Notes under the pieces: generated by a model
Databases searched by the model: none
The model's input: only the letters and a program-made list of their open reading frames with translations
What the model was told of the DNA's origin: nothing
Shown: positions 37,431 to 46,466 of the stretch, in pieces
Numbering within the stretch: the first letter of the stretch is position 1
Layout of the letters: the number at the start of each line of letters is the position of its first letter
From: Candidatus Heimdallarchaeota archaeon
GTDB lineage: Archaea; Asgardarchaeota; Heimdallarchaeia; Heimdallarchaeales; Heimdallarchaeaceae
NCBI GenBank assembly: GCA_030603365.1
Contig: JAUVXV010000005.1
Location: 64,001-128,000, forward strand
DNA length: 64,000 nt
Direction of reading: 5' to 3'
Position numbers and translations under genes: made by a program

Positions 37431-37658
37431 TCATCCAGTTGCATACCCATGAGTTCCTATTGGCACATCCTCAACCGGACCTGCTCCTCCAGGACTATAC
37501 CCTATTGGCACATCTTCAACTGGACCTGCTCCTCCAGGACTATACCCTATTGGCACATCTTCAAGAGGTTCAGAAGTTGTAATCATTATTGTTCCTGCAA
37601 CCAAAGCAAGAATTGTTACTAAACAAAATACCCCAAGTACTTTTTGTTTCTTTTTCAT
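37431..37658 (-). CDS. Small secreted precursor peptide with tandem 15-aa repeats
   Basis: MKKKQK plus a hydrophobic h-region, then EDVPIGYSPGGAGPV x2 and EDVPIGTHGYATG. Differences between the two full repeats are synonymous in this frame. GGTGG SD-like and TTAAATA TATA-like elements lie upstream. Confidence 0.75.
   Translation of the reverse strand: MKKKQKVLGVFCLVTILALVAGTIMITTSEPLEDVPIGYSPGGAGPVEDVPIGYSPGGAGPVEDVPIGTHGYATG
37456..37564. repeat. 45-bp tandem repeat (about 2.4 copies) within the peptide gene
   Basis: CCTATTGGCACATCYTCAACYGGACCTGCTCCTCCAGGACTATAC at 37456 and 37501, partial at 37546. Confidence 0.92.
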
Positions 37659-38334
37659 TTATTTTCCACCAGCTTTATTCGAGCTCAAGTTACCATGTGT
37701 ACTAGTATTATTTAAGAGTTGTTACAATTTTCCATGTTTCTTAAAAAAGTGGAAAAAAGTAACATGACTCATGTCTAAATGCATTACATGAAAGTTTGAC
37801 GGCTCTGTTAAACTATTTTTGTCGGGATATTAAGAAGATATGACCTAATGGTCTATGTAAGGCAAATTCCGTTTTACCTTACAGACGTGAAAATATCTGG
37901 GTATATATGCGGGGAATATTGCTTAGATTATTTTTCTTTTAATAATAAAAAATTGTTGAACAAAGAGTGCATTCTTTTGAGTAATTCTACTGTTAGCTAA
38001 ACAAAATACTAGATAAAATCAACATACTTTCATTTAATGATTAATTAAGTATTGACATAAATGATTAGAGGGCTTGAATCAGTGATTTGTTTTTCTACAA
38101 AAAATCGATGTTTATCTAGAAGAAGAGTTGAGTCGATATCGCATTAAGAATAACTACAAAAAAAATCATATTACACTATTTTCTTCAAATTTGGAATTTT
38201 TTCAGAAGTATTTCTTAGCTGAGAATTTTACTTTAAAAACAACTCTTTTAGTATACAATCTGTCTTACAAAATTTCTCTATTTTAATTTACTACTATCTA
38301 TATACTTCTGTCAAATAGGATGCTAAAAAAGTAG

Positions 38335-38733
38335 TTATTTTTTAATCGCATAAGCAATTTTCAGAAATAATCCACATCCTGTACAAAACTCTGTTTCTTT
38401 TGAATTCACTGTTTCACAATTTGGACAAACAAGTAGTTCTTCTTTTGCAATTCCTTCTACTATTTTCTCTTGTTCAAGATCATCTTTAGGTTCTTCCTTG
38501 TTTTGTGATTTAACAAATTTTCTCATTTTAAAAGCTAGAACAGTAAATACAATTAGCAGGATGGAAGATACAAAAGCTATAAGTATACCAATTATTGACC
38601 AAATTAAACTTAAATGTACTCCAAAAACTATACCTCCGATGGCTACCAAAGGTAATGCGAATACAAATATAGTTAACAACAGTAATCCAAATGTGGTTGA
38701 TTTCTTTTTATTTTCATTCTTCTCCTTATTCAT
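38335..38733 (-). CDS. 2-TM protein with C-terminal zinc ribbon
   Basis: CPNC...CTGC. Confidence 0.75.
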   Translation of the reverse strand: MNKEKNENKKKSTTFGLLLLTIFVFALPLVAIGGIVFGVHLSLIWSIIGILIAFVSSILLIVFTVLAFKMRKFVKSQNKEEPKDDLEQEKIVEGIAKEELLVCPNCETVNSKETEFCTGCGLFLKIAYAIKK

Positions 38734-39121
38734 CTATTTTGACCTCTTCCTCAGGTTCTTTTAAGAAGAAACCACATTTTGAGCAATTTTCTTGGTCAGC
38801 TGAATTACGTGTTTTGCATATAAGACAAATTTTCAAATTTAAGGACTGATTACAATAAACACAGTTTTTCCGACTAAGAGGATTTGTTTTATTACATTCA
38901 GGGCAGATCGAGATATCTTTTCTCTTCCTGAAAGAGGATCCAAAAACTAAAATAATGGATGAAAATGCAATTCCTAAAATCCCCCCTATAATGTATCCCC
39001 TATTCATAGTTTGATCTATGACAACTATACCTATATATAGACAGTAGACCGATCCCAGGAATATAATTATTAAACCAATGTTGATAACCTTATTGTTGAC
39101 TAAGAAATTACATCTTTTCAT
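38726..39121 (-). CDS. 2-TM protein with double zinc ribbon
   Basis: CPEC..CVYC..CLIC..CSKC. Confidence 0.75.
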   Translation of the reverse strand: MKRCNFLVNNKVINIGLIIIFLGSVYCLYIGIVVIDQTMNRGYIIGGILGIAFSSIILVFGSSFRKRKDISICPECNKTNPLSRKNCVYCNQSLNLKICLICKTRNSADQENCSKCGFFLKEPEEEVKIDE

Positions 39122-39179
39122 AACAATATTAACATTAGGAAAATGATGATTTAAGTTTTAGCTATGATTTCTAATTCTA

Positions 39180-40400
39180 CTATTTATGCTTAAAGAATTG
39201 CTTTGTGCTTAGTACAGTAAGAGCTAATAGTGATAAAATAAGCAAACTGAAACTGTAATTTATTGTTTTGATTGTTGGTGTTTCAAGATATTCAACTGAT
39301 GGAAAAGGATCATTAGCTTCTGCTGTTCCATCGATAGGATAAGGCATTTCCATATGCCAATCCGACCAATAATTACCTTCTTCTGTCTCTTCATCAAACC
39401 AAATATTTTCTGTTCCATCGTCACAAGCTTGAGAATAACCTCCAAAGTTATTATCTATGAAAGTATTATGGTGGATGATATTAACATCAGAAGCATAATT
39501 GATATAGAGACCATAATCTTGGTTTCTTTCAAATAGATTGTTAGTTAGAACACAATGATCAGCACTATCTAATCTCATACCATTATCATTAAACTCGCAA
39601 GTATTGTTAGCTAAGTTTACTCTAGAGGAGTAAGATAACAATGTTCCAGCAAAGCTATTTTTCGTACAAGTGTTATTTGTTACTGTCGTTCCTGTCGAAT
39701 ATTTTAACCAGATTCCATGCCAATTGTTGTACTTACAAGTGTTGTTTGTAACTGTGCTTCTGGATGAGGAATAAAGAAGAATTCCTGCATTAAAATTATT
39801 ACTACAATTATTACTAGATAATCTATTCTCTGGTGATTCAAAAATAAAGATTCCATGATTAATATTGTTAAAACAATTATTATTTGAAAGTGTTACATTA
39901 GATGAATTGAGTATCTCAATTCCATTAATGTTACTGCTACAGGAATTATTAGCAACTATGGCTCCAGAACATTCTCTTAAACTGATGCCATCAAATTCAC
40001 TGCTCACACAGCTATTATTCATAACTGACACAGTACCCCATGAAATGCAGTCTGAAATCGTGATTCCTACCCTCGATGCTTCTATGTAGCAGTTCAGTAT
40101 AATAAAAAATTTAGAAGTGTTCCAGATTGAAATACCATATTGAGCTGAAGTTACTATCAAGTAATTCTCTATTAGGTACGGATTTTCAGTTGTTCCTAAA
40201 CCTGGAAAACCATAGTTGATGAAACCTTCGTCATTGTCTATTTCTATTGGACCATGAGTTACATAAGAGTCAATTAAAGAATTATGAGTATTATTGAATT
40301 TGCTAACACTAGAATGATCCTCTGAATTGTATACTTCAGAACCAGATATTAAGCAAAAGCTGAATATCAGAACAATCAGAAGTTTTTTCATCTTTTTCAC
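39180..40400 (-). CDS. Surface protein with parallel beta-helix (NosD/CASH) repeats
   Basis: Regular NN.C..N...GI.L repeats, GNYWSDW, C-terminal TM. Confidence 0.85.
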   Translation of the reverse strand: MKKMKKLLIVLIFSFCLISGSEVYNSEDHSSVSKFNNTHNSLIDSYVTHGPIEIDNDEGFINYGFPGLGTTENPYLIENYLIVTSAQYGISIWNTSKFFIILNCYIEASRVGITISDCISWGTVSVMNNSCVSSEFDGISLRECSGAIVANNSCSSNINGIEILNSSNVTLSNNNCFNNINHGIFIFESPENRLSSNNCSNNFNAGILLYSSSRSTVTNNTCKYNNWHGIWLKYSTGTTVTNNTCTKNSFAGTLLSYSSRVNLANNTCEFNDNGMRLDSADHCVLTNNLFERNQDYGLYINYASDVNIIHHNTFIDNNFGGYSQACDDGTENIWFDEETEEGNYWSDWHMEMPYPIDGTAEANDPFPSVEYLETPTIKTINYSFSLLILSLLALTVLSTKQFFKHK

Positions 40401-40521
40401 TCAAAGAGAATTATCGTTCTAACACTAATAAACGTAATGCAGAATCTTTCATAAATTCAAAATCCCAATTCTCTCTTTTATTTGAAATGTTTAAATATCC
40501 ATTTGTGCAAATATTCAAAGT

Positions 40522-41229
40522 ATGGAGTTGAGATGTTCGTTCTGTGGAGGAGAAGTAAACGAACTTAAACATGTTGATACAATGAAGAAGAAAGCATACT
40601 GTTCTTTTAGATGTACTATTGCTGATAGCATTCCAAGATTGGTTCTTTCTTTATTCTTAACTACTGGACTTGGAGTTATCTTAATTCTTGTCGGAGTTTC
40701 GAACGATTCTTCCAAAAATGTTATTATATTTAGTATTCTATTTGGAATTACAATTTTAGGAATCTTAATCTTCATTATTATAGGTTCAACGCACAATCCG
40801 AATAACCAATTACAAAGTAAAGAAAGAATATCCTTTCAAAAGATTAGATATGAGAAGATGAAGGCAGAAGAAAGTTTTACAAAAGCTCAACTTATTTATC
40901 CAGAATCACCTACAATTTCAAAAATTGCTCAACTTGTTTCTCCTGAAACATCTGCAATCTCAAAAAATACTATCCAATGTTTTTATTGCAAATCTAAGAT
41001 TGATTTCTCTAATTCAGAAGATCAAATAATCTGTATGAGTTGTGGAAATAAAATCCCTTTCTGTGATTTATGTGATGATTACATAGAATCAGAAGCTGAA
41101 ATTCTTCAACTTGAACCCTGTGGTCATATCTTTCATAAAAAAGAACTTCTAGAATGGGTAAAAAGTAATAAAATCTGTTCTAAATGTCAAGTAACTATGA
41201 CTTTTGTAGATGTTAGTCCAGATTTTTAG
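40522..41229 (+). CDS. Membrane-anchored RING-H2-like zinc-finger protein (putative E3 ligase)
   Basis: N-terminal CSFC..YCSFRC finger, 2 TM, a zinc ribbon, then CDLC-x15-CGHIFH..E..W..CSKC. Confidence 0.75.
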   Translation: MELRCSFCGGEVNELKHVDTMKKKAYCSFRCTIADSIPRLVLSLFLTTGLGVILILVGVSNDSSKNVIIFSILFGITILGILIFIIIGSTHNPNNQLQSKERISFQKIRYEKMKAEESFTKAQLIYPESPTISKIAQLVSPETSAISKNTIQCFYCKSKIDFSNSEDQIICMSCGNKIPFCDLCDDYIESEAEILQLEPCGHIFHKKELLEWVKSNKICSKCQVTMTFVDVSPDF

Positions 41230-42398
41230 AGTTTTCTTTTTCGCTTAATCCAACCTACTAGCATTACAATTGAAATAGCTATTACAAATGATTCAGTAGA
41301 TGCTTCTGTTGGTGATGAATATCCTTCTTCAACTGATTTGATAATGTAATCTATTGTAAGATAAACAAATGGCCAATCAAATTCTGCTAAACTTGACGTA
41401 AACACAACGACCATGTCATAGTCTGGCATTACTTGTATTATCTGTCCAGCCCAACCTAAAGCTAGATATGCATTCATCTGTGGGTAGACCCACCATTGGT
41501 ACCCATACCATGACCAACCACTAACCACCACTGTATTATTTGACGCTTGATCGACCCATTCCTTTGAAACTATCTGAGTTTCATTCCAAGTACCATTATT
41601 TAGAAAGAGAAATCCAAACTTTGCCATATCTCGAGGTAATAGATGAAGATCAGCTCCTCCAAAGTAAATTCCTTGTGGGTCTTGAGACCAGAACACATCG
41701 GTAAAACCTACAGGTTCGAAGATATGCTCATTTGCATACTCAAAAGTGGAATTTCCTGTCGCTTCTTCAATAATTGCAGAAAGCAGATGAGATCCTCCAG
41801 AATTATAGTTAAAAACAGTTCCTGGTTCTTCATCCTTTCCTCTGCTTAAGACAAACTCGACCCAATTATCACTTGCTTTCATCTGTACAAAACTATTTTC
41901 TGGCAAATAGTAAGAAATATCTTCTCTCCAAGAAATACCTGATGTCATGGTTAGTAGATGATAAATAGTAACATTTTCTCTTAATTCAATATTAGGTACT
42001 GAAACATTAACAAAGAAATCCAATATTTTCTGATTTACACTTTCTATAACCCCTTCCTCAATTGTAATACCAATCAAAGTTGAAATAAAACTTTTAGTAA
42101 CTGAATAGACAGGATGAAGAATTCCAGCAGTATAGTAACTGAGATACTCTTCAACCACTAGGTACCCATCCTTAACAATGAGAACACTGTCAATGTTGAA
42201 GTTATTTTCATCAATATACTCAAACATCCTATCTATTGTTTGTTCATTCATTCCTACATCTTCGAAAGAAGCTTTTTGCCACCCATTAGTGGGCCAATAG
42301 TCTCGTTCTATAACATCGCTTAAAACAGGATATGAAATAAATGAAGATAACAATAAAACCACAAACATTATGTAAACAGTAAGTGTTTTGTTTCTCAT
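41226..42398 (-). CDS. Serine hydrolase, beta-lactamase family, membrane-anchored
   Basis: SVTK, LLTMTSG, YNS, GWAGQ. Confidence 0.88.
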   Translation of the reverse strand: MRNKTLTVYIMFVVLLLSSFISYPVLSDVIERDYWPTNGWQKASFEDVGMNEQTIDRMFEYIDENNFNIDSVLIVKDGYLVVEEYLSYYTAGILHPVYSVTKSFISTLIGITIEEGVIESVNQKILDFFVNVSVPNIELRENVTIYHLLTMTSGISWREDISYYLPENSFVQMKASDNWVEFVLSRGKDEEPGTVFNYNSGGSHLLSAIIEEATGNSTFEYANEHIFEPVGFTDVFWSQDPQGIYFGGADLHLLPRDMAKFGFLFLNNGTWNETQIVSKEWVDQASNNTVVVSGWSWYGYQWWVYPQMNAYLALGWAGQIIQVMPDYDMVVVFTSSLAEFDWPFVYLTIDYIIKSVEEGYSSPTEASTESFVIAISIVMLVGWIKRKRKL

Positions 42399-42491
42399 AT
42401 TGACACCTAAATATAGGCTTACAGATGCTCAAACAGTTATATATATTCACAAACTAATTTTGTGTTTTTATACTAAATTCTGAATCATCTA

Positions 42492-42866
42492 TTGACAGAC
42501 ATGGCTTTAATATGGGGAGATACAGAAGATACTCAAAATGCTTCTAAACAGTCCTTTGAAGAAAGTATCGAGAGGATTCTAAAAGAAAAAGGAATAATAA
42601 GTCTGGATGAATTAATGGGGCTTATTAGTCATGATAATAATCTTCTAACAGATTATCAAAGGATTTTGAAAGGAATAGATAAATTGATTGAAGATGGAAA
42701 AATAATTATTGATCATGAGAAAAATATCCGAATGACAACTCTTTCTGTTTTAGGAACAGATGGATTAAATGAGCTTCCTATTTGGGATTTAATACATAAA
42801 GAAGAGGATGTAGAACTGAAAAAAGAAATTATTCGAAGATATAACCAGATCAACCCTTTACTCTAA
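42492..42866 (+). CDS. Hypothetical protein (possible wHTH)
   Basis: ORF fills the intergenic space with host-like composition. Confidence 0.5.
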   Translation: MTDMALIWGDTEDTQNASKQSFEESIERILKEKGIISLDELMGLISHDNNLLTDYQRILKGIDKLIEDGKIIIDHEKNIRMTTLSVLGTDGLNELPIWDLIHKEEDVELKKEIIRRYNQINPLL

Positions 42867-42937
42867 TTATTTCTTTGTCCATTCATTGGAAAACATTTGA
42901 ATAGGATAGATATTTAGTTATTACAGATAAATTATCA

Positions 42938-43876
42938 ATGTTGTTTGAAATGAAATATGTTTATGGACCAGTTCCATCCAGAAGATTGGGAAAATCTCTT
43001 GGTATTAGCCCAATTCCTGATAAAACTTGCAATTACACATGCATATACTGTCAATTAGGAACAACCACTAATTATACAAATACAAGAGCAATGTTCTATC
43101 CTGTAGAGGATATTCTTGACGAAGTAAGGTATGCTCTCAAACAAGAGAAGGAAATTGATTTTATTACAATTGTAGGAGAAGGGGAACCACTCCTTTATGA
43201 AGGATTAGGAACTTTGATATCAGAACTAAAGAAAATTACATCAATCCCTATAGCAGTAATAACAAACGGTGCTCTACTTTATAGAGAAGATGCGAGAAAA
43301 GACATTTTAGAAGCTGATGTAGTTTTACCGACATTAGATGCAGATTCCGAAGAACTATTTCGAAAAATAAATAGACCTCACAAGGATATTAAACTTGAGA
43401 AAGTAATTAAAGGATTTAAAGAATTTCGTAAAGTCTTTGCTAACCAAATTTGGTTAGAAGTTATGCTGATAAAGGATTTGAATGATGATGTTGAATCTCT
43501 TAAAAAGATTGAGGAAATAATAAATCAGCTCAAAGTTGATAGAGTATACATAAATGTACCAATTCGTCCTCCTACTGAATCATGGGTTAAGATTCCTCCA
43601 ACAAATCGATTAATAATTGCTCAAGAGATACTCAAAGCAGAGAGTATAGCTCATTTTGAAGAAATACTCATAGAGAGTGTAGATAGAGAATCTCCTCCTT
43701 TTAATCAAATTTTAAATATACTGAAAAGACATCCCTTAAGAAATGAACAGATGTATACTCTATTTCCTGAAATGTCTAAAAAGGAAATTGATTCCATGCT
43801 AGATGAGATGAAAAACAAGGATCTAATAGAATCTATTCTTTATAACAAGAAGATATTTTGGGAAACAAAAAAATAG
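42938..43876 (+). CDS. Radical SAM protein (COG0731-like)
   Basis: YGPVPSRRLGKSLG, CNYTCIYC, GEGEP. Confidence 0.9.
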   Translation: MLFEMKYVYGPVPSRRLGKSLGISPIPDKTCNYTCIYCQLGTTTNYTNTRAMFYPVEDILDEVRYALKQEKEIDFITIVGEGEPLLYEGLGTLISELKKITSIPIAVITNGALLYREDARKDILEADVVLPTLDADSEELFRKINRPHKDIKLEKVIKGFKEFRKVFANQIWLEVMLIKDLNDDVESLKKIEEIINQLKVDRVYINVPIRPPTESWVKIPPTNRLIIAQEILKAESIAHFEEILIESVDRESPPFNQILNILKRHPLRNEQMYTLFPEMSKKEIDSMLDEMKNKDLIESILYNKKIFWETKK

Positions 43877-43968
43877 AATTTAGGATTTATGCTAGAATGA
43901 AGAGTGATTTAGTTTTTTAATAGTTTATAGAAGATAGTGAATTAAAGAAAGAGATTATCGGGAAATAT

Positions 43969-44820
43969 TCAAATCAATTCTTTATTTTGAAATCTTTTTT
44001 TCCATTCTTTTGGTGCAACAACGGGTGGATGAACATATCGCTCAATTCTAGTTATTTCATCAATTTTTTCCAAATCCTCTTGTGATAGAGTTAATTCCAA
44101 TGAAGCATAATTGTCTTTTATATGATCTAAACTTGTAGCTTTTGGAATAGGATAAGCACCTTTACTTATTACCCAAGCTAGGCAAACTTGTGCGGAACTT
44201 ACTTTGTTTCTTTTTGCTATATCAATAATTATAGGATCTTTGAGAGCCTTACCTCTACCTAATGGGGAATAAGAAATAAAGTTGACATTCTTCTCATTAA
44301 GAGACTTTAGTAGTTCAGTCTGTTGTAGGTATGGATGATGTTCAACTTGATTTGCATAGATCGGCTTATCACATGCTTTAATAGCTGCTTCAGTTTGTTT
44401 GGCAGTGAAGTTTGAAATGCCTATATGCTTAACTTTTCCATCGTCAACAAGTTTGCTTAATGACCCTAAAGTATTTTCATGAGAATATCCTAGTGCAAAA
44501 GCTGGCCAATGGATATAAATGATATCAATATAATCAAGTTTAAGTTTTTCAATTGATTTAAGAGTGGATTTGTAAGCAAATTTAGGTTTAACTCTCAACG
44601 GATGAACTTTTGTTGCAATGATTAACTCATCTCGTTTTACTATTCCTCCATTAAGGACTTCATATAATCCTTTTCCTACACCTTTTTCATTACCATAGGA
44701 TTGTGCAGTGTCAACAAACCTGTAACCCATCTTTATTGCTTCAATTGTTGAAAATCTAGCAGCTTGAGGTTTGAGCATCCATGTACCCAATCCAATCTTA
44801 GGAAGTTCTTTGTCAGACAT
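43969..44820 (-). CDS. Aldo/keto reductase
   Basis: IGLGTW, DTAQSY, IHWP, GISNF, YSPLG, IPKA. Confidence 0.92.
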   Translation of the reverse strand: MSDKELPKIGLGTWMLKPQAARFSTIEAIKMGYRFVDTAQSYGNEKGVGKGLYEVLNGGIVKRDELIIATKVHPLRVKPKFAYKSTLKSIEKLKLDYIDIIYIHWPAFALGYSHENTLGSLSKLVDDGKVKHIGISNFTAKQTEAAIKACDKPIYANQVEHHPYLQQTELLKSLNEKNVNFISYSPLGRGKALKDPIIIDIAKRNKVSSAQVCLAWVISKGAYPIPKATSLDHIKDNYASLELTLSQEDLEKIDEITRIERYVHPPVVAPKEWKKRFQNKELI

Positions 44821-44881
44821 ATACTGACAAAACTGATAAAGATAATTTAAGCTTTCGGAGAATCTACTAAAAACTTATATT

Positions 44882-46462
44882 TTGCATATTGTTAGGGATG
44901 CTATGGAATATCGCATGGTTTTCGATGCAGGTTCTAAAGCATTGAAATGTGCCATTGCAGACGAAAATAACACCATCTTAGCCATGGAACATATTATCCC
45001 TCAAGCTATACAATCAGCTGATGGTTTTGGTAGAAGCTGGGAGCATTCGAAATATTGGACTAATTTATTGGATTTAGCAGAAAAAACAATTAAGAAATCA
45101 AAAATCGATTCACAGAAAATTAAGTATATTACTTCCTCAATTATCAGACCCAGCTGCGTTTTTACTGATGAAAATTTAGACCCTCTTTATATTGGGGCAA
45201 GCTTTGATGTTCAGGGAATAGACTATGGAGATGAAATAGATGAGAAGTTTGAGAAATTAACTGGAGAAACTCTCTATCAACAAACAGGACATTTCCCTAA
45301 CTTTCTTATGATACCATCCAGATTAGAATTCCTAAGAAATAATCCTGAAAAGATTGATAACAAAAAAATTACTCACTATTTACCTGTAGATAGTTGGATT
45401 CTTGTTAAATTTGGTGGAGAAGTTCATACAAATTATACCAGTGCAATGGAATCTGGTTTCTTCAGTCTTAAGGATAAACTCTGGCATGATGAGTGGCATT
45501 CAATTTTTGAAATTAATGATGATTTCTTCCCCCCTACTGTTCAATCAGGAGAAATAGTTGGGAATATTTCCACTTCAATCCAAGAGAGACTAAATCTAAA
45601 CTCTGAAACAGAATTAGTTGCTGGAATACCAGACACTCAAGCTGCACTGCTTGCATCCAATTCCATAACTCCAGGAAGAATGGGCGTAGTTTTAGGGAGT
45701 ACAACTCCAGTTCAACTTGTAACAAAAGAACTCTATACAGATGATCAAGAACGAACTTGGACAACGGGAATCTCAGTAAAAAACCTTTGTGACAATTATA
45801 TTGTAGAGGCTCATACAGGAATAACTGGACAAGTAGTGAAATGGGCAGCTCACCTTTTTGATAATAAACTGAATACTAAATTCTTAGAACCTTCAAAAAA
45901 ACAATATCATAACCTAAAGGTAAAATATCAACAATTTGATGAGTATGAACAAGAAGAATCAGAGGAAAACATTGCTACTCATTCAGTATTTGCTAACCTA
46001 GGTCCTTCTACGTTAACTAGCTCAAATCGAGCTGCAGGGGAGTTTTATTTTCCAAGCCCAGGTGGAATTGAAGAGTTTTTCATTCACCAGAATCAGCTGG
46101 TCGGAGCAGTCTTTGATAATATTATGTTTGCTGTATCTAGAAATATTGATTTAGCAAAAGAAGTAGCAAAAATGGAACAATTTACTTTATCTCTCCTAGG
46201 GGGGTTGTCTCGTTATACATTACTCAATCAGCGGTTTTCGGATTTATATAACCAACCAGTTTTATACTTATCAGATCATGAAGCATCAATTCACGGATTA
46301 CTAAAACTGTGTGATATTGCTAGCGGAAAAATAAAAAATCTGTTAGATTATCAAAAGGAATTCTCAACTACAGATGCGATTGTTAAACTAGAACCCCGTT
46401 CAACTATGTCATCTAAACTTCAAAATAAATATAAGAAATGGATGAGTATAACTAAGATTTAG
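44882..46462 (+). CDS. FGGY family carbohydrate kinase
   Basis: FDAGS..KC, PDTQAA, VLGSTTP, GGLS. Confidence 0.82.
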   Translation: MHIVRDAMEYRMVFDAGSKALKCAIADENNTILAMEHIIPQAIQSADGFGRSWEHSKYWTNLLDLAEKTIKKSKIDSQKIKYITSSIIRPSCVFTDENLDPLYIGASFDVQGIDYGDEIDEKFEKLTGETLYQQTGHFPNFLMIPSRLEFLRNNPEKIDNKKITHYLPVDSWILVKFGGEVHTNYTSAMESGFFSLKDKLWHDEWHSIFEINDDFFPPTVQSGEIVGNISTSIQERLNLNSETELVAGIPDTQAALLASNSITPGRMGVVLGSTTPVQLVTKELYTDDQERTWTTGISVKNLCDNYIVEAHTGITGQVVKWAAHLFDNKLNTKFLEPSKKQYHNLKVKYQQFDEYEQEESEENIATHSVFANLGPSTLTSSNRAAGEFYFPSPGGIEEFFIHQNQLVGAVFDNIMFAVSRNIDLAKEVAKMEQFTLSLLGGLSRYTLLNQRFSDLYNQPVLYLSDHEASIHGLLKLCDIASGKIKNLLDYQKEFSTTDAIVKLEPRSTMSSKLQNKYKKWMSITKI

Positions 46463-46466
46463 TCTT

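Noticed and set aside
37456-37564. CRISPR-like array
   Set aside because: The 45-bp units are contiguous with no unique spacers, keep the reading frame, and have no cas genes nearby; this is a coding repeat.
37422-37622. 66-aa plus-strand repeat ORF
   Set aside because: It is the antisense shadow of the peptide gene; one repeat difference is non-synonymous in this frame and it lacks a signal peptide.
37700-38330. Replication origin
   Set aside because: It is AT-rich but has no recognisable ORB repeats and no adjacent cdc6/orc1.
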